Below, piece by piece: positions 20,328-31,272 of a DNA stretch of 64,000 nt. The stretch is from positions 12,472 to 76,471 of the forward strand of contig CAZVZJ010000005.1 in the NCBI GenBank assembly GCA_964631055.1. Direction: 5' to 3'. The notes under the pieces were generated by a model. The model searched no databases. It had not been told where the DNA came from and saw only the letters and a program-made list of their open reading frames with translations. The DNA comes from an uncultured Marinicella sp. GTDB lineage: Bacteria > Pseudomonadota > Gammaproteobacteria > Xanthomonadales > Marinicellaceae. Position 1 is the stretch's first letter. Each line of letters begins with the position of its first letter. Both the position numbers and the translations under genes were made by a program.

Positions 20328-23294
20328 TTATGGGCTCAGTTTGATGGACTCAGATTTGGCATATTCATATAACTTGTTTTGGGTGTTGATGAAGAGTTGG
20401 TTTGCTGGATCTATGGTCAAGGACAAGTTTATTTTTTCTAGTGCCATTTTAATCGCGGTGGTTTGTTGTGATCTGGTTTGGCTATTGTGAGCTTGGACCA
20501 ATAATCCTTCGGCCCAGGCTTGTTGGCTGTAGGGGTTGTCAGGGTATATATCCACGGCGTTTTTAAATACCTGATTGGCTTGGGTGTAGTTTTGGGAGTT
20601 GCCATAACTTTGTAATGTCATTAAAGCGGCTTGGCTCAACAAAATACCGTAATCGGTATTATTGATAGTCATTGCTTGTGAAATATAGTCTTCTGCGGCA
20701 GTTAAATGTTCTACAAAGGGTTGTTGTTGGTGACGCAAGTATTCAGCCATTAAGAGATGAGTATTGGCTAAATTTATCAGTTGGTTTGGATCTTTACTTA
20801 ACATGTTTTCTGCAGGGTTGAGAAAAGCCAGTAGCTTTTGTCCCAGAGGGATGATGTTTTCATCACGCTCAAACTGCAATGAAAGCTGAAGAAAAAGCAC
20901 TTGAGCCATGTTGTTAATTAAGCCCCGTTGTTCACTGATTAATAAATCAGGGGTCAATATCGCTTCATCATATAATCGTTGAGCTTGTTGGAATACTGAC
21001 GTAGGGTCTTGATTCTGGCGCATCATTTCTTGGCCTTGGAATATCAGTACAAACAACAAGTCGCTGATTATGTATGGCTTGTATTCAGTCTCAACCTTCA
21101 ACAGGTAGTCAAATAATTTTTGACTTTCGTCAAGCGCAGGTTGAACCGCCCCTCCAGTTAACATGTATTGCTTAGCCTCAATGGCGTGAACCAAAGCTTG
21201 GTTCCATGAAACACTTAATAAATTATCTACAGCAGTAATTTTTTGGTTCCAGTACTTGGCTTGAGCTATAGAGTCATCGGCATGGGCGCCTATGCTGATC
21301 TCCCATTGGGCTTTCATCATGTATATTCTTGATAAAAGCTGTTTTGGGAAGAGGCTTTCTGGAAGTATGGTTAGCGCGTTTTTACATGCTGCAATACCTT
21401 GTTCTGCGAATCTATAAACCTGTTCTCCGTTACGTTGAATGGCATCGGTTAACAACACCAAAAACACTTCACATAAGTTGATATAACTGTCTGGATAACT
21501 GCGAGCCATTTGGATTGATTGTTGGTAGGTATCAGCTGTTTGCAGTGCCAAAGTTTTGGCTTGTTCCCAGTAACCTTTTTGTTGTGCATCAACCATCGAG
21601 GCGGAGAGCATCAAAGCTTTGAGGTTTACAGCATCTTTATTCCACTGTTCGTTGGTTAAAACTTCATTGATTGCCACTAACCCAGAATCAAGTGAGTCAG
21701 TTTGAGAGAGCTTAAAAGCTTGAAACAAAGGGTTGTTCTGGTTACTATCTTCCTGTGCTTTGTTGATATATTTAATAGCTGGTTCTAAGTAGTTTTCTCT
21801 TAAGTTCTTGTCATTCATGGCTTGTTCAAAGCCATTGACTTCAGAAAACTCAGAGGTTTTTTCAATATAGAGTTTAATCCAAGCATCGGCCAACAACTCA
21901 GGTTCAGCATGACCTGCTTCTAATAAGTCTATGGCGGCTTGAAAGGACTCACTCTTAAGTAAAATGATACCGAGCAATCTTTGCTTATCTGGTTCAGTTA
22001 ACCGCTCATCTGTTTCAATGTTTTCATATAACAAACTCCCCTGAGTTAATATTTCATTGATTTCTGTAGATATGGGGTGAAGTGGAAGCACATAAATTTG
22101 TTCAGCTTGCTTTAACAGGGTGTTTATGCTGTTTTCATAAGCTTTGATTTGTTCATTTCTGACTTCTTGATTACCAAATCTTTGCCATTGCCAAAATAAA
22201 ATAAAAACCAATACCAAGCCAACAGTCATGCTGGCGTATTTGATGAGGTTTTTTCTCTTTTGTTTTGGCGCATTAATGATTGATTTAATTTGTTCAGCAG
22301 TGGATTCGGCAGTTGGACGATCTGTTGGGTTAATTTGTGTCAGTTGTTCAACCAGTTTTCTTATTGGCAAGGGCAATTCTTTGGCTTCTTGTCTTTTTCC
22401 TTGTTGCACATCAGACAGTAACTGGTTGGTTTCCATCACTTGATAAGCTGCTTTGTGGCTGAAAACTTCTTGGGCGATGATGCCCAGGGCATATAGGTCA
22501 CTGGCGGTCTCTATTGAGTGGCCTTTGGCTTGTTCGGGGCTCATATAACGAATGGTGCCCACCAAGGACCCATGTTGGGTTAGGAGACTGGAGTTGGTTT
22601 TGGTTGATTGCTGGTTTTTGGCTTCTGGAGTGGTGAGTGATTGGGCGATCCCAAAGTCCAGTACCTTCAATTTTCCCTCATCTGTGATCATGATATTATC
22701 AGGCTTCAAGTCTCGATGTACGATTCCATGTTCGTGAGCGACACAGAGTGCTGCGGCTAAGTCAGCTAATGCGGTTAATTTTTTTTCATATGACAAAGGT
22801 GATTCATACAATGGTTTACCTTTGATGTATTCAAGCACCAGAAAGTCCCCTTGAGCTGTTTCTATGTAGTCATATAACTGACATATCGAAGGGTGGTTAA
22901 TTTTTGATAAAATTTGTGCTTCTCGAACAAAGCGTTGCTGCGTTTCTAGGTTACTCAAGTGTTCAGGTCGAATTGACTTTACGGCCACTTGCCGCTCCAG
23001 CTTTTCATCAAAACCTAAATAAACGGAGCCCATACCGCCTTGCCCCAGCAATTTAATGATGCGTATTCTTTTGATTAAAGAGCCAGGTTTGATCTCTTGG
23101 TGATCAGTGTGTTGTATTTGCTTGGTTTGGTTTTCTTCTAAGAACTGATTTAACTGGTTTTCATCGGCTAACAGGGTTTCAACTTGTCTTCTGATTTCAC
23201 TGTCTTTAATTTGTTTAAGCAATACAGTTTGTTCTTGGGTGTTGAGCGCCAAGGCCTGGTCTAAAATGGTCTTCGTTTGATTGGGCTTTTTCAA
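20328..23294 (-). CDS. membrane-anchored Ser/Thr protein kinase with ~620-aa C-terminal TPR-like all-alpha domain
   Basis: It carries Hanks kinase motifs (GQGGMGSVY, VAVK, HRDLKPDN, DFG, SPE). One TM helix follows (VGLVLVFILFWQW), then a long helical repeat region. The start codon is uncertain (TTG at 23294). Confidence 0.9.
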   Translation of the reverse strand: MKKPNQTKTILDQALALNTQEQTVLLKQIKDSEIRRQVETLLADENQLNQFLEENQTKQIQHTDHQEIKPGSLIKRIRIIKLLGQGGMGSVYLGFDEKLERQVAVKSIRPEHLSNLETQQRFVREAQILSKINHPSICQLYDYIETAQGDFLVLEYIKGKPLYESPLSYEKKLTALADLAAALCVAHEHGIVHRDLKPDNIMITDEGKLKVLDFGIAQSLTTPEAKNQQSTKTNSSLLTQHGSLVGTIRYMSPEQAKGHSIETASDLYALGIIAQEVFSHKAAYQVMETNQLLSDVQQGKRQEAKELPLPIRKLVEQLTQINPTDRPTAESTAEQIKSIINAPKQKRKNLIKYASMTVGLVLVFILFWQWQRFGNQEVRNEQIKAYENSINTLLKQAEQIYVLPLHPISTEINEILTQGSLLYENIETDERLTEPDKQRLLGIILLKSESFQAAIDLLEAGHAEPELLADAWIKLYIEKTSEFSEVNGFEQAMNDKNLRENYLEPAIKYINKAQEDSNQNNPLFQAFKLSQTDSLDSGLVAINEVLTNEQWNKDAVNLKALMLSASMVDAQQKGYWEQAKTLALQTADTYQQSIQMARSYPDSYINLCEVFLVLLTDAIQRNGEQVYRFAEQGIAACKNALTILPESLFPKQLLSRIYMMKAQWEISIGAHADDSIAQAKYWNQKITAVDNLLSVSWNQALVHAIEAKQYMLTGGAVQPALDESQKLFDYLLKVETEYKPYIISDLLFVLIFQGQEMMRQNQDPTSVFQQAQRLYDEAILTPDLLISEQRGLINNMAQVLFLQLSLQFERDENIIPLGQKLLAFLNPAENMLSKDPNQLINLANTHLLMAEYLRHQQQPFVEHLTAAEDYISQAMTINNTDYGILLSQAALMTLQSYGNSQNYTQANQVFKNAVDIYPDNPYSQQAWAEGLLVQAHNSQTRSQQTTAIKMALEKINLSLTIDPANQLFINTQNKLYEYAKSESIKLSP

Positions 23295-23344
23295 AAACCT
23301 GAGTGAGTTAATCAGTTAACTTGATTATACCCAAAATGCCGCCA

Positions 23345-23373
23345 ACTAAAAAGCCCCACCATAAGCGGGGCTT
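23345..23373 (-). terminator. rho-independent terminator of aceA
   Basis: On the minus strand, AAGCCCC-GCTTATGGT-GGGGCTT is followed by TTTTTAG, 16 nt after the aceA stop. Confidence 0.7.
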
Positions 23374-23388
23374 GGAGTTAAATTACAC

Positions 23389-24984
23389 TCAGTCAAACTG
23401 GTTCATGGTGTTATCTTTGCCAGATGCTTTGAGTGCCGCATCACCGGAAAAGTATTCTTTGTGATCATCGCCAATGTTAGAGCCGGCCATGTCTTGGTGT
23501 TTAACACAGGCCAAGCCTTCACGAATTTCTTTCCTTTGTACACCGGTCACATAGGCTAACATGCCTGCCTCCCCATAATAACCTTTGGCCAACTGATCGG
23601 TAGCCAAGGCGGCGGTGTGATAAGTCGGCAGGGTAATGAGGTGGTGAAAAATTCCGGCTTGTTGTGCGCCATCACGCTGGAAGGCTTGAATCATGTTGTC
23701 GGCTTTTTGTCCCAATGGGGTGTCATCGTATTTAATGTCCATCAGTTCAGCGCGATCGTAAGCGCTGACATCTGCACCCGCTTCAACCATGGCATCAAAA
23801 GCTTGCTGTCTGAAATTCAAGGTCCAGTTAAAGGATGGTGAGTTGTTATAGACCAATTTGGCGTCAGGAACGACATCACGAATGCGCTTGACCATGCCGC
23901 CAATTTGGCCAACATGAGGTGTCGATGTCTCAATCCATAGTAAGTCGGCGCCGTTTTGTAAGCTGGTGATACAGTCTAAAACACATCGATCTTCACCGGT
24001 GTTCTTTTTGAATTGGAATAAACCACTGGGTAAACGCTTAGGTCGTAATAATTGACCGTTGCGATTGATGACCACATCACCATTACTCATGGCAGAAGGT
24101 TCGATTTCTTCACAATCTAAATAAGCATTGTATTGATCACCCAAATCACCAGGTTCATTGGTCACAGCAATTTGCTTAGTTAATCCAGCGCCCAAAGAGT
24201 CTGTTCTGGCCACAATAACGCCATCATCTACACCCAGTTCTAAAAAGGCATATCGCACGGCACGTATCTTAGCAACGAAGTCAGCATGTGGAACTGTGAC
24301 TTTGCCATCTTGGTGTCCACATTGTTTTTCATCAGACACCTGGTTTTCGATTTGGATCGCACAAGCACCTGCTTCGATCATTTTTTTGGCCAATAAGTAC
24401 GTGGCTTCTTCGTTACCAAAACCGGCATCAATATCAGCTATGATCGGAACCACATGGGTTTCAAAGTTATCGATGGCATCTTGTAATCTTTGTGCATTGA
24501 CTTCGTCGCCGCTTGCCTTGGCAGCATCCAAGTCTTTGAACAAGCCACGCAGTTCACGGGCATCAGCCTGTTTCAGAAAATCATACAACTCTTTAATGAG
24601 TGCCGGCACACTGGTTTTTTCATGCATTGATTGATCAGGTAGCGGGCCAAATTCAGACCGCAATGCAGCAATCATCCAACCGGATAAATAAAGGTAGCGT
24701 TTGTCAGTTGTGCCGTGGTGTTTTTTTACGGCGATCATTTTTTGTTGACCAATAAAGCCATGCCAACAGCCTAAAGATTGGGTGTAGTTAGCTGGGTTTA
24801 GGTCATAATCACGCATGTCTTTGCGCATGATTTTGGCGGTGTATTTGGCGATGTCCAAGCCAGTTTTGAAGCGGTTCTGTAGTTTCATTCTGGCCACAAA
24901 CTCGGGGTTTATAGATGACCAAGGGGATTGGTTGTCTTTGATAAGTCCATTGGCTGATTTCACTTCTGTTTGGTAATTTGACAT
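23389..24984 (-). CDS. aceA: isocitrate lyase (long, ~530-aa type)
   Basis: It has a K(K/Q)CGH active-site motif (EKQCGHQDGK) and ICL-like sequence throughout, with divergent glcB next door. Confidence 0.95.
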   Translation of the reverse strand: MSNYQTEVKSANGLIKDNQSPWSSINPEFVARMKLQNRFKTGLDIAKYTAKIMRKDMRDYDLNPANYTQSLGCWHGFIGQQKMIAVKKHHGTTDKRYLYLSGWMIAALRSEFGPLPDQSMHEKTSVPALIKELYDFLKQADARELRGLFKDLDAAKASGDEVNAQRLQDAIDNFETHVVPIIADIDAGFGNEEATYLLAKKMIEAGACAIQIENQVSDEKQCGHQDGKVTVPHADFVAKIRAVRYAFLELGVDDGVIVARTDSLGAGLTKQIAVTNEPGDLGDQYNAYLDCEEIEPSAMSNGDVVINRNGQLLRPKRLPSGLFQFKKNTGEDRCVLDCITSLQNGADLLWIETSTPHVGQIGGMVKRIRDVVPDAKLVYNNSPSFNWTLNFRQQAFDAMVEAGADVSAYDRAELMDIKYDDTPLGQKADNMIQAFQRDGAQQAGIFHHLITLPTYHTAALATDQLAKGYYGEAGMLAYVTGVQRKEIREGLACVKHQDMAGSNIGDDHKEYFSGDAALKASGKDNTMNQFD

Positions 24985-25256
24985 AGGTAAAAATTCCTGA
25001 TTTATTTTCGGCTAAATAACCGAGGGTTAATAATTCAACGATAAAACGATCTCAATCAAACAAACGTTTGAATAACGCGTTGTTGAATAATAAGCACATT
25101 TTCAATACTTTTAAATGGTTTTTTGCGACATTTGTAAATAAATAAAATATTTTTACTTTTTGCTGTGTTTTTAACTGAATTAGAGCTTTTATTCTAAAAT
25201 GCTGTTATATGATAAAAAGGTTTCGTCATTTAATTTTCACCTAATCTGGAACGTTC

Positions 25257-27437
25257 ATGCCCTTAAACAACATTAAATACAAAGCTAAAAATACCCTTAA
25301 AGTAGATGTCTTATTGGCTGATTTCATCGACCAAGAAGTCTTGCCAGATCTTAAGGTCGATGCAGCCACATTCTGGCAGTCTTTTGCCGATTTGATTCAT
25401 GGGTTGGCACCAGTTAATCGCAAATTGTTGAAAAAAAGGTCTGAATTACAATTCGACATAGATCAGTGGTTGCTTAACAATCGTGATCAATTTGATCAAA
25501 CCGCATACATCGCTTATTTGAAAGAGCTGGGTTACTTGGTTGAAGAAGGAAGTGAATTTTCGGTGACCACTCAGAATGTAGATGATGAAATTGCCAAACA
25601 AGCTGGACCACAGCTTGTGGTGCCTACATCCAATGCACGTTTCGCTTTGAATGCCACCAATGCCCGTTGGGGTAGTTTGTACGATGCCCTGTATGGAACT
25701 GATGTGATACCTGCATCAGGTGGTGCAGAGAAAACCAAAGCTTACAACCCCACTCGTGGTCAGAAAGTAATTGAATATGGGCGTGATTTTTTAAATCATA
25801 ACTTTCCTTTGCAACAAGGCAGTCACCATGATGTGGTTCAATATGCGATTAAAAACCAACAACTATTAATAACCACAACCAACGGGGACACGGCCTTGCA
25901 AGAGCCGCAACAGTGTTTAGGTTTTAACGGTGATGCTGAGGCACCGTCTCAAATCATACTGAAACACCATGATTTGCATGTGATCATAGAAATTGATAAA
26001 GCATCATCCATTGGTAAAACCGACCAAGCAGGTGTGAAGGACCTGACTTTTGAGGCAGCTGTTACCACCATTCAAGACTTTGAAGATTCAGTGGCAGCAG
26101 TTGATGGTGAGGATAAAGTGGTTGTATATCGCAATTGGTTGGGCTTGATGCGAGGTGACTTATCAGATACTTTTGTAAAAGACGGCAAGCCTGTTACTCG
26201 TGTAGCTGAACCGGATAAAACCTACCAATCGATCAATGGTGAAGTTGTGACATTGCATGGACGTAGCTTATTGTTCTGTCGCAATGTGGGTCACTTGATG
26301 ACCAATCCAGCAATCATAGATCAATTGGGACAAGAAGTACCGGAAGGTATCATGGATGCCATGATCAGTGTGTTGATTGCTAAGCATGACCTGAATCAAA
26401 TAGGACCCTTACGTAACTCAAGAACAGGCAGTATTTACATTGTAAAACCAAAAATGCATGGACCAGAAGAAGTGGCTTTTGCAAATACATTGTTTAACCA
26501 GGTTGAAGATGCTTTGGCTTTACCAAGACACACCATCAAGATAGGGGTTATGGATGAAGAGCGTCGCACCACTGTAAACCTCAAGGAATGTATCAGGCAG
26601 GTTAAGGAGCGCATTGTGTTTATTAACACCGGCTTTCTTGACCGCACTGGTGATGAAATTCATACCAGTATGTTACTGGGTCCGATGGCCCCCAAAGCGG
26701 ATATAAAAGCCATGTCTTGGATTAAGGCCTATGAAGATTGGAATGTGGATATTGGCTTGGAATGTGGTTTCACAGGTCATGCGCAAATAGGCAAAGGCAT
26801 GTGGGCCATGCCCGATGAAATGGCAAAAATGATGCAAGCCAAAACAGAGCACCCTGCTGCCGGAGCCAACTGTGCGTGGGTGCCCTCTCCTATTGGCGCT
26901 ACATTACATGCCATGCATTATCACCAAATCAATGTGTTTGAAATTCAAAGCCAGTTATCAAAACGCGCCAGGGCTGACATCAATGACATCTTAACCATTC
27001 CCTTGTGTACCGAGCCAAACAAGTTAACAGAAGAACAAATCCAACATGAGTTGGATAACAATGCCCAAGGTATTTTAGGTTATGTGGTGCGTTGGATTGA
27101 TCAAGGTGTGGGCTGTTCAAAAGTCCCAGATATTAACCACGTTGGTTTGATGGAAGACCGAGCCACATTGCGAATTTCAAGCCAACATATAGCCAACTGG
27201 CTTGAGCATGGTATTTGTACTGAACAACAAGTTAAAGACACCTTTGCTCGCATGGCTAAGGTGGTTGATCTACAAAATGTCAGTGATACTTCTTACCAAA
27301 ACATGACTGAAAACTTGAAGAACAACACAGCTTATCAAGCTGCTTTGGATTTGGTGTTCAAAGGCAAAGAGCAACCCAGTGGTTATACCGAACCCTTATT
27401 GCACGCTTACCGGTTAAAATTAAAAGCAAAAGCTTAA
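25257..27437 (+). CDS. glcB: malate synthase G
   Basis: It is 726 aa with an MSG-typical N-terminus and core ([31 protein letters not shown]). Confidence 0.95.
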   Translation: MPLNNIKYKAKNTLKVDVLLADFIDQEVLPDLKVDAATFWQSFADLIHGLAPVNRKLLKKRSELQFDIDQWLLNNRDQFDQTAYIAYLKELGYLVEEGSEFSVTTQNVDDEIAKQAGPQLVVPTSNARFALNATNARWGSLYDALYGTDVIPASGGAEKTKAYNPTRGQKVIEYGRDFLNHNFPLQQGSHHDVVQYAIKNQQLLITTTNGDTALQEPQQCLGFNGDAEAPSQIILKHHDLHVIIEIDKASSIGKTDQAGVKDLTFEAAVTTIQDFEDSVAAVDGEDKVVVYRNWLGLMRGDLSDTFVKDGKPVTRVAEPDKTYQSINGEVVTLHGRSLLFCRNVGHLMTNPAIIDQLGQEVPEGIMDAMISVLIAKHDLNQIGPLRNSRTGSIYIVKPKMHGPEEVAFANTLFNQVEDALALPRHTIKIGVMDEERRTTVNLKECIRQVKERIVFINTGFLDRTGDEIHTSMLLGPMAPKADIKAMSWIKAYEDWNVDIGLECGFTGHAQIGKGMWAMPDEMAKMMQAKTEHPAAGANCAWVPSPIGATLHAMHYHQINVFEIQSQLSKRARADINDILTIPLCTEPNKLTEEQIQHELDNNAQGILGYVVRWIDQGVGCSKVPDINHVGLMEDRATLRISSQHIANWLEHGICTEQQVKDTFARMAKVVDLQNVSDTSYQNMTENLKNNTAYQAALDLVFKGKEQPSGYTEPLLHAYRLKLKAKA

Positions 27438-27462
27438 AGGCAGAAGCTATTATTTGAATAGC

Positions 27463-28584
27463 TTATGTTTGATGAGATTGGGCAACTGCATAGAAAATAT
27501 CAATGCCTGGTTCAATCAATGAATCAGGAAAATCATACTCTGGATGATGAATCTGTGGCTTGTCTTCACCCGCACCTAAAATAAACATCGCGCCTTTGGC
27601 CATTGCACTGATGGCACCAAAATCTTCTGACCAACGAATTGGTTCATTGAGCCAAATGACTTCATGGCCTGTTTTTATGGCAGCTTTTGCTACTCTTTCG
27701 GCACAACTTTGTTCATTTACAGAGGCCAAAAAGACATCATGGTCTTGGAAGTCGAGTTCTAATTGGTGTTGCGCAGCAATGCTTTTGGCTTTTGCTAATA
27801 CCTTGCTTTTCAGAGTGGACATCATATGATTTTTTTCTGTTCGGAGGGTTATGCCGATTTCAGCTTGATGGGGTGTTGTACCAAAAGATTGTTCGCCCAT
27901 TTTACTGTAGATAACAGTGACCATTTGTAGTTCATCAGAATTAACTTCAAAGCTCATTTCTGTTAACTGCTTTATCAGTTCAACCATCGCCGGAGCTGGG
28001 GAGTTTCCTTTTTCCGGGTAGGCGGCATGAGCCGTGACTCCCGTGAGTTTAATGGATAAACCTTGAGAAGCACAATTGAAGGTGCCAGCACGGATTTGTA
28101 CTTGCCCCAGAGGAATACCAGGCAGGTTATGTAATGCATAACAGTAATCTACCTCTAAAGTTTTGAACTGTTTATCTTTTGTTACAGCAATGGCCCCCTC
28201 ACCTGTTTCTTCAGCAGGTTGAAACAATAAAATACGCTTACCTGAAAATGCCCTGTTGTGTGAAAATTTTTCAGCTAAACCGCATAAAATGGCCATATGA
28301 CCATCGTGGCCACATTTATGTGAGACGCCATCCACATTTGAGCGATGTGCGAAATTGTTTTTTTCATGGATTGGTAATGCGTCCAACTCACAACGAAACA
28401 ACACATGGTCACCTGGTTGTTCGCCATTAAAAATGACTGCCACCCCAGTGCCCCCTATCTCGGTAAGAATTTGATCTGGTAAAAGTGGGGTGAGGTAATC
28501 AACAACTTTTTGTGCTGTTTGGTGCTCTAAGTTTGAGAGTTCTGGGTTTTGATGTAGGTGTTTTCGAAAATTATGTAGTTTCAT
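27463..28584 (-). CDS. M20D-family amidohydrolase (aminoacylase/hippurate-hydrolase-like)
   Basis: It has the HKCGHDGH metal-binding motif, FQPAEE, and family-typical length. Confidence 0.85.
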   Translation of the reverse strand: MKLHNFRKHLHQNPELSNLEHQTAQKVVDYLTPLLPDQILTEIGGTGVAVIFNGEQPGDHVLFRCELDALPIHEKNNFAHRSNVDGVSHKCGHDGHMAILCGLAEKFSHNRAFSGKRILLFQPAEETGEGAIAVTKDKQFKTLEVDYCYALHNLPGIPLGQVQIRAGTFNCASQGLSIKLTGVTAHAAYPEKGNSPAPAMVELIKQLTEMSFEVNSDELQMVTVIYSKMGEQSFGTTPHQAEIGITLRTEKNHMMSTLKSKVLAKAKSIAAQHQLELDFQDHDVFLASVNEQSCAERVAKAAIKTGHEVIWLNEPIRWSEDFGAISAMAKGAMFILGAGEDKPQIHHPEYDFPDSLIEPGIDIFYAVAQSHQT

Positions 28585-28596
28585 GGTAAGAGTATT

Positions 28597-29028
28597 TTAT
28601 TTATAGTCATCAGGTAATTTACCATTTGAAGAGCCTGCAAACTGAGGCAGGTCATCATGAATTTGATAAAAATCAGCTTTTTCGGCCACAAAAATATGGC
28701 CCATGGTTTTTAAATCTGTTGGTTGGTCAAGTGAACCTGCGACAATCGCGATGGTGTTTTGGTCAAGAGGTTTCCAAAATAAATTTGAGCCACAAATTTG
28801 GCAAAAACCTCGTTGGGCTATTGGCGAGCTTTGATACCAGATCAGACCCTTTTCTTTGCTTATCTTCAAGTTGCTTTTTTGGGCTTTGGTATATGGTCCA
28901 AAGCCACCATGTAAACGTAGACACATTTCACAGTGACAATTGACAATGTCTCTGAGTGGACCTTTTACTTCGAATCGAATGGCACCACAAAGACAACCTC
29001 CATGACTGATTTTGTTGATGTTTTTCAT
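28597..29028 (-). CDS. GFA-family (CENP-V/glutathione-dependent formaldehyde-activating-like) protein
   Basis: It shows the cysteine pattern CLCGAIRFEV...CHCEMC...CQICGS characteristic of GFA. Confidence 0.85.
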   Translation of the reverse strand: MKNINKISHGGCLCGAIRFEVKGPLRDIVNCHCEMCLRLHGGFGPYTKAQKSNLKISKEKGLIWYQSSPIAQRGFCQICGSNLFWKPLDQNTIAIVAGSLDQPTDLKTMGHIFVAEKADFYQIHDDLPQFAGSSNGKLPDDYK

Positions 29029-29161
29029 GAAAAATTCAATGTGAATGTAATTGATCCATTTTAGCGAGGGTCTCTATTTCTAGCCAGTACTTTATATAGA
29101 GATCAATTAGGACTATCTAATTTTATGGTATGCTTAATTCAATATTTTTAGGAACAAAACA

Positions 29162-30073
29162 ATGGTAAAAATAGTTTTGCTTGGACTGTATTTGATGGCC
29201 TCTACTGTGGCGTACTCACAAAGCTGTGATAAACAAAAGGTCAAATTACAAGTTTTGGGCTCAGGAGGCCCTGAATTAACTGACGGTCGGGTTTCATCAT
29301 CGCATTTGTTGTGGGTTGATGGTAAAGCCGTGGTGTTAATAGATGCCGGTGGCGGTAGTGCCCATCAGTTCGAACGAGCTGGTGGAAAGATCAAAGATTT
29401 ACAAGCCATTTTACTGACTCATTTACATGTTGATCACAGTGTAGATGTACCTACATTTATCAAGGGTTCTTTTTTTACTGACCGCAAGCAAGACCTATGG
29501 GTAATGGGACCTCAAGGCAACGAACTGATGCCTGACACCAGTGCTTATTTGGCTGAGCTGTTCGATGCTGGAGGTGCATACGGTTATTTAAGTAATTATT
29601 GGTTACCTAATGAGAGCAGTAAATATAAAATCAGAGCTGTAGATGCCAAGCTAGAACATCATAAGATACATCAACATCCAGTCAATGAAAGTATTTCTGT
29701 CAGTAGCATCGGCGTTCATCATGGCCCGATCAGTGCAGTGGCTTGGCGAATTGATATTAGTGATTGTGCGATTACATTTTCAGGGGACATGAGTAACCAA
29801 TATTCATCGTTAGAAAAACTGGCCAAGGGCAGTGATTTATTGGTGGCAAATAATGCGATTGAAGAATCGGCCACTGGTGTAGCAAGAAACTTACACATGC
29901 CACCATCTGAAATTGCTAAAATCGCCAGTAAAGCCCGAGTTAACAAATTGTTGCTGGCTCATTTTATGAACCGCAGTTTACCGCATCAAAAAACGGCCAG
30001 ACAAATAATAAATCAGGCTTACAAAGGCTCAATTATATTGGCTGAAGATTTAATGGAGATCAACTTGAAATGA
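29162..30073 (+). CDS. secreted MBL-fold metallo-hydrolase
   Basis: It has a signal peptide and the HLHVDHS (HxHxDH) motif. Confidence 0.8.
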   Translation: MVKIVLLGLYLMASTVAYSQSCDKQKVKLQVLGSGGPELTDGRVSSSHLLWVDGKAVVLIDAGGGSAHQFERAGGKIKDLQAILLTHLHVDHSVDVPTFIKGSFFTDRKQDLWVMGPQGNELMPDTSAYLAELFDAGGAYGYLSNYWLPNESSKYKIRAVDAKLEHHKIHQHPVNESISVSSIGVHHGPISAVAWRIDISDCAITFSGDMSNQYSSLEKLAKGSDLLVANNAIEESATGVARNLHMPPSEIAKIASKARVNKLLLAHFMNRSLPHQKTARQIINQAYKGSIILAEDLMEINLK

Positions 30074-30477
30074 AACATTATTTATTATTTTTATTGGGTT
30101 TAACTGTTGAAGTTGATACTCAAGTGCTTAAAAATTTAAACAGCTTACAGTGGAAAAATCGAGTGATTATTCTGAATGAAATGGATGACAATGATCACAT
30201 TATTAAAGTACTAGAAAGTCAGCAAAAAGAAATTTTAGAACGAGACATCTTATGGTTCATGCTTTCCGGAAACAACACCAACAGTAATTATTCAGGAAAA
30301 TTAAGTGAGTCCTTTGCCCATGATTTGCGGCAACAATTCGGGCCCAAAAATAATCAAGTTATTTTGGTTGGAAAAGATGGCGGGCTAAAATCAATCTTTG
30401 ATGGGGTAGACTTACAAGGCGTATTTGCAAACATCGATTCAATGCCTATGCGCCAACTCGAAATGCAACGACAATAA
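30070..30477 (+). CDS. DUF4174-domain protein
   Basis: Pattern: WKNRVIIL...ILERDILWFML...VILVGKDGGLK. Its start overlaps the MBL gene stop as ATGA. Confidence 0.7.
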   Translation: MKHYLLFLLGLTVEVDTQVLKNLNSLQWKNRVIILNEMDDNDHIIKVLESQQKEILERDILWFMLSGNNTNSNYSGKLSESFAHDLRQQFGPKNNQVILVGKDGGLKSIFDGVDLQGVFANIDSMPMRQLEMQRQ

Positions 30478-30515
30478 ATACAAAGACTGTGTTTTAATTT
30501 GAAGAGGAGTTTAAT

Positions 30516-30722
30516 ATGCAGCACCAAAGCAACCCAGTACACCCTCAAAACATTGGTGGAATCCATAAAAAAGGCATTGGAATCGGTGAAGAAGCGATGA
30601 TCCGAATCACTGCCGGCTTGTGCGCTAACCCTGAAATATGGCAAAAAACCGCAAAAGAAATTGTTGCAAAGGCACAAAGCATACATGATGAACTGTTTAG
30701 GTACAAAGGCCCAGAACAATGA
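30516..30722 (+). CDS. 68-aa hypothetical protein
   Basis: A strong SD (GAGGAG) sits 7 nt before the ATG. I recognise no family. Confidence 0.5.
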   Translation: MQHQSNPVHPQNIGGIHKKGIGIGEEAMIRITAGLCANPEIWQKTAKEIVAKAQSIHDELFRYKGPEQ

Positions 30723-30843
30723 ATTTGAGCCAGTTGATGGGTATATTATAAATGTCCTACCTAACTTTTTATGATATTGCTGAAATTTTTGCATTGGATG
30801 TGATAAGTTAATTTCTGTTGAATAAATTGTCAGAGTAGACTTT

Positions 30844-31185
30844 ATGTTGATTCATTACCTAGAAATAGTTTCAGACGATCTGGAAAGTACTTGTGCGGTT
30901 TATGAAAACAGCCATGGCGTTACTTTCTCTTCTGAACCCCTATTAGGAAACGCCCGAATTGCACCAATGAAAAACGGTGGCCTGACTGGGGTCAGATTAC
31001 CTATGAGTGATACTGAACAACCTGCTGTTCGCCCTTATCATTTAGTAGAAGACATCGAAAAAGCTTACCAAATGGCCCTAGATTCAGGTGCTCAAGAGGC
31101 TCATTCACCTTTAAATATTCCCGGCATAGGAACGTTTGCTATTTATGAAGTAGGAGGTAATCAATTGGGACTGTGGCAAAAGTAA
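30844..31185 (+). CDS. VOC/glyoxalase-fold protein
   Basis: It is a 113-aa single VOC-like module (YLEIVSDDLESTCAVYE...FAIYEVGGNQLGLWQ). Confidence 0.7.
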   Translation: MLIHYLEIVSDDLESTCAVYENSHGVTFSSEPLLGNARIAPMKNGGLTGVRLPMSDTEQPAVRPYHLVEDIEKAYQMALDSGAQEAHSPLNIPGIGTFAIYEVGGNQLGLWQK

Positions 31186-31272
31186 AATTTGGTGCATGAA
31201 ACCTTATTTATATGGGTCTATAATTAGTATCAGACCTATGAAAAACACCTTAAAACCTAAAGGAGCCAACCT

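Noticed and set aside
24158-24634. A 158-aa ORF antisense within aceA.
   Set aside because: It lies entirely inside the strongly supported isocitrate lyase frame and has Ala/Ser-rich composition typical of antisense artefacts.
30354-30794. A 146-aa minus-strand ORF spanning the DUF4174 3' end and the 68-aa ORF.
   Set aside because: It overlaps two plus-strand ORFs that have better start contexts (ATGA coupling and a GAGGAG SD). Its sequence looks random.
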